Notes under the pieces: generated by a model
Database searches by the model: none
Told to the model about the DNA's origin: nothing
What the model saw: only the letters and a program-made list of their open reading frames with translations
Shown: one piece after another, positions 26,975 to 29,563 of the stretch
Layout: every line of letters begins with the position of its first letter
Numbering within the stretch: position 1 is the stretch's first letter
Made by a program: the position numbers and the translations under genes
From: an uncultured Nitrososphaerota archaeon
GTDB lineage: Archaea > Korarchaeota > Korarchaeia > Korarchaeales > Korarchaeaceae
Length of the DNA stretch: 29,563 nucleotides
Direction of reading: 5' to 3'
Assembly: GCA_964618805.1 (NCBI GenBank)
Contig: CAZUBM010000018.1
Location: forward strand, 13,806 to 43,368

Positions 26975-27613
26975 TTATCTAATTTCAATTATCTTTCCTG
27001 CTCCTCCCTCGATATATTTCTCTGGATAAAGAGATCTTATCTTTAATTTATATCGAGTGCAGTGAGTAGGACAAATCAAATCCAAGTCTTTCAAGGATTC
27101 AGGCCTAGTCCCATGCAACCCCCCTATAATACCATAAACTCTGCCAAATTGAGAAGCTGTTTTAAGAATATGCTCCATCCTTGGGTGAGAGCATCCTGCT
27201 ACGATTACAATACCTTTTTCTGTCTCAACGCAGAGGAATTGTTCTATTCCCTCAAGCTCACCTGTAGAGTAAATCCCTTCGTAAAGCTTTGTAGGCTTTT
27301 TAACTTCAATGACCTCCCTTGCATTCTTTGCTTCAGAGAAATAAGAAGGAATCCAGAGTTTTACTTGATTATTTAAGCGAAGAAAAGATGACAATCCGCC
27401 TATATGATCCCAGTGGAGATGAGAGATAAAAACATCTCCTATTTCTTTTGGATTTATTTTAAGTTTTTGCATATTTGAAAGCAAAATCCTTCCGTTTGTT
27501 CCGGTATCAAAAAGGATTTTTCTTCCCTTAGCTTCTACAAGTGTAGAGAAACCCCAATCAGCTTGAAGATCTTTTCTGAAAGCGGTATTATCATAAATAA
27601 TGGTAACCTTCAT
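26975..27613 (-). CDS. MBL-fold metallo-hydrolase (COG1237 type)
   Basis: IIYDN, DWGFS, ILFDTG, SHLHWDHIGG, GCSHP, IGGLH and PTHCT motifs; GGGGTGA Shine-Dalgarno before ATG 27613. Confidence 0.92.
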   Translation of the reverse strand: MKVTIIYDNTAFRKDLQADWGFSTLVEAKGRKILFDTGTNGRILLSNMQKLKINPKEIGDVFISHLHWDHIGGLSSFLRLNNQVKLWIPSYFSEAKNAREVIEVKKPTKLYEGIYSTGELEGIEQFLCVETEKGIVIVAGCSHPRMEHILKTASQFGRVYGIIGGLHGTRPESLKDLDLICPTHCTRYKLKIRSLYPEKYIEGGAGKIIEIR

Positions 27614-27751
27614 CTTCACCCCCCTTATGCGCGTTCTCCATCGCACCTGTATAACCTACTTTTACACCTTTCTCTTCCAGATATATTCCCCGTTCGTAGA
27701 TGAACAAAGATCTGGAACAATTTCATGGACCTTCTATGACATTTTTGCACT

Positions 27752-28135
27752 CTAGGAGAACGATATTCCTTTTTTAGAACTAACTACATTATAGTTGCGA
27801 ATTCCTGAAACATAACCTCTCTGCCTAATTAGTAAACATATATTGCAAATTCCATGACATATCTCTAGATTAGAGAGATCTTTTTTTACTAGCGCTGAGC
27901 TAAATCTTTCAATAGCGTTCCTTATTTCAGGATCGATGCTAAGCACGTCTAGCGCTTTTCCTCTTATTCCTTTAAGGAAATGGCTCACGCTTGGTTGAGA
28001 GATCTTCAAAAGGCTCGCAATTTCGGCTTGCTTCAGATGAAATTTCTCGTGTAACACTCTGACAATTCCCCTCTTTACGGCTGGCAGAATGAACCTCGCA
28101 CTTTCTTCGCAAGGTAGTAGCAAGCTATTCACCAT
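27752..28135 (-). CDS. Archaeal HTH transcriptional regulator (COG2522-like) with Cys motifs
   Basis: LPCE...ILPAVK...LKQAEIASLLKISQPSVSHFLKGIRG HTH and ICHGICNIC. Start ATG 28135; the longer track ORF is antisense run-through of cooC. Confidence 0.85.
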   Translation of the reverse strand: MVNSLLLPCEESARFILPAVKRGIVRVLHEKFHLKQAEIASLLKISQPSVSHFLKGIRGKALDVLSIDPEIRNAIERFSSALVKKDLSNLEICHGICNICLLIRQRGYVSGIRNYNVVSSKKGISFS

Positions 28136-28139
28136 CGTA

Positions 28140-28179
28140 ATATTACAATTGTCATATTTAAATAATGCCGCTGTAATAT
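28140..28179. promoter_or_regulatory. Symmetric bidirectional promoter/operator ATATTACA-N7-TATTTAAATA-N7-TGTAATAT
   Basis: The palindromic TATA (28155-28164) and the 8-bp inverted arms (28140-28147, 28172-28179) share one dyad axis, between divergent ATGs at 28135 and 28194. Confidence 0.7.
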
Positions 28180-28193
28180 CTGCTCGATTAAAA

Positions 28194-29090
28194 ATGAATA
28201 GACGGGAAAATAAAAAACTCGCTGGTAAAAAAATAGGAATACTGGGGAAAGGAGGAAGTGGAAAAAGCACTATTACGGTCTTATTGGCTAAAGCTCTCAG
28301 AAAGTACGGATACGATGTTTGTGTATTAGATGCTGATTCAACCAATATAGGGCTTCATCAAGCATTAGGGATAGATAAACCCCCTGCATCTCTTATAGAT
28401 TATTTTGGAGGAACTGTGTTTAGCGGAGGATTAGTAACTTGTCCGGTAGATGATCCTACTCCTTTGCCTGGAGCTGAGATTTCTTTGAATAAGCTTCCTC
28501 ATAAATATTACACCCAAAGCAAAGAGGGGATATTCTTCCTAGTAGCGGGAAAAATAGGAGATAAGGGACCGGGAGCAGGATGCGATGGTCCTATCTCTAA
28601 AATAGCCAGAGATTTAAAAATATACGGGATTGGAAATTATCCTGTAACTTTAATAGATCTCAAAGCAGGTCTGGAAGATCTTGCTAGGGGAGTAATCACT
28701 AGTTTAGATTTGGTAATTGTAGTGGTGGACCCCACTAATGCTTCTATTCAAATAGCAGCGGATATAAAAAATATGGTAGACCAAATAAAGGCTGGAAAAT
28801 TGCCCGCCACTAAACATTTGAAAAATCCTGAACTTGTTGAGATAGCAAATAAAATATTCCTAGAGGCTAAAAACACAGATGTTTTAGTAATATTGAACAA
28901 GATCGGGAATAAAGAGACAGAAAGCTATGTAAAAAGGGAACTAAAAAAGAGAGGGATAGAGCCTATAGGAACAATCCACGAAGATCACTCAATTTCCTTA
29001 TCTTGGCTAAAAGGACAACCTCTTGAGAATGTTAAGGCCGAGACGGACGTAGAAAAGTTGATTAAACGACTAGAGGCGGTGAGTATATGA
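28194..29090 (+). CDS. CooC/AcsF-like (MinD/ParA-class) P-loop ATPase, atypical Cys motif
   Basis: GKGGSGKST, LDADSTN.GL..ALG, GAGCDGP, IDLKAGLEDLARGV, VVVDPT and ILNK motifs; start ATG 28194. Confidence 0.85.
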   Translation: MNRRENKKLAGKKIGILGKGGSGKSTITVLLAKALRKYGYDVCVLDADSTNIGLHQALGIDKPPASLIDYFGGTVFSGGLVTCPVDDPTPLPGAEISLNKLPHKYYTQSKEGIFFLVAGKIGDKGPGAGCDGPISKIARDLKIYGIGNYPVTLIDLKAGLEDLARGVITSLDLVIVVVDPTNASIQIAADIKNMVDQIKAGKLPATKHLKNPELVEIANKIFLEAKNTDVLVILNKIGNKETESYVKRELKKRGIEPIGTIHEDHSISLSWLKGQPLENVKAETDVEKLIKRLEAVSI

Positions 29091-29115
29091 ATAAAAAGAT
29101 TAAAAGGGGGATTAA

Positions 29116-29563
29116 ATGAGAAATAGCATTAAGCCAAGTTCAGAGGGTTACTTTGTTCTACTACAAAGGAATCGAAACTTTCGCATTTTTTGGCTCGGCA
29201 GAATCGTCTACCTAACAGGAAACTTTTTCCGCTCAATCGCCGTTTCGACGATGCTTTATCAATTAACTGGTTCCGGACTTGCACTTGGCGCATCCTTCGG
29301 CTTTAATACTCTGCCACTTGTAATAGCCAGTCCATACGCAGGCGTCATCGCTGATAGGCATGATCGAAGAAGGATTATGATCGTTGCCGCCCTGAGCACC
29401 GCAAGTATTGTCCTCGGCTTTCTTTTGATAACTAACGTTGAGCTCGTTTGGTTGGCCTATCCAATCATTGTTTTGCTCACTATCGTAGGAGCATTTTCCG
29501 CTGCGGCACATGATGCATGGATGCCAGATCTTGTCACAAAAAAGCAGTACCCGCTTGCAAACG
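29116..29563 (+). CDS. MFS transporter (DHA3/MFS_3-like), partial at the window edge
   Basis: Not in the ORF track (no stop in window): RNRNFRIFWLG...YQLTGSGLALG...AGVIADRHDRRRIMI (MFS motif A)...MPDLV...LAN. Confidence 0.9.
   Translation, partial: MRNSIKPSSEGYFVLLQRNRNFRIFWLGRIVYLTGNFFRSIAVSTMLYQLTGSGLALGASFGFNTLPLVIASPYAGVIADRHDRRRIMIVAALSTASIVLGFLLITNVELVWLAYPIIVLLTIVGAFSAAAHDAWMPDLVTKKQYPLAN

Noticed and set aside
26791-27046. ORFs 26791..26988 and 26834..27046, and the long N-terminus of DtxR-FeoA
   Set aside because: They cross the attC-like palindrome and neighbouring genes and show no protein features.
27625-27750. 41-codon minus-strand ORF and a YLEEKGVKVGYTG fragment faintly like NifB/NifX-family proteins
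   Set aside because: Too short and degenerate to support a call.
28089-28345. Apparent 257-bp overlap between the regulator ORF and the cooC-like ORF
   Set aside because: Artefact of longest-ORF calling; family similarity starts at ATG 28135 (minus) and ATG 28194 (plus), with a promoter between.
1225-29511. Many antisense or alternate-frame ORFs in the track (e.g. 1718..2371, 11464..11892, 21597..23201, 24963..25172, 29263..29511)
   Set aside because: They lie opposite well-supported genes, are Ser/Ile/Phe/Pro-rich as expected for antisense shadows, and carry no motifs.
1-29563. CRISPR array, tRNA/rRNA genes, transposase, integrase or known defence system
   Set aside because: No periodic repeat-spacer pattern, no tRNA T-loop/cloverleaf, and no recombinase or nuclease motifs were seen by eye.

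Overview
Archaeal genomic window. The archaeal call rests on TATA-box promoters, deoxyhypusine synthase, Trm14, a GPN-loop GTPase, a SAMP/MoaD protein and a probable box C/D sRNA; the lineage cannot be assigned from sequence alone. The left part carries htpX, a membrane/DUF4097 envelope-stress-like operon, an HD hydrolase, a wHTH-membrane regulator, proC, a ferredoxin-fused radical SAM enzyme, dys, PH-like and Roadblock proteins, trm14 and an IPCT-like nucleotidyltransferase. The middle holds a GvpD/KaiC-like ATPase, an ACT-V4R protein and several accessory enzymes. The right part is a metal-handling island (P1B-2 ATPase, FeoB, DtxR-FeoA, MBL hydrolase, COG2522-like regulator, atypical CooC, MFS). 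The main non-coding finds are an integron attC-like site with a damaged R' core directly behind the MBL gene in the AT-rich island, a 52-nt box C/D sRNA-like element at the island edge, and a symmetric bidirectional promoter. The window also shows heavy erosion: about ten frameshifts, a carbamate kinase/amidohydrolase chimeric scar, a head-to-head double 5' truncation and a decayed gene-start duplicate. No tRNA, rRNA, CRISPR array, transposase or integrase was seen. All family calls are motif recognition by eye, not database hits.
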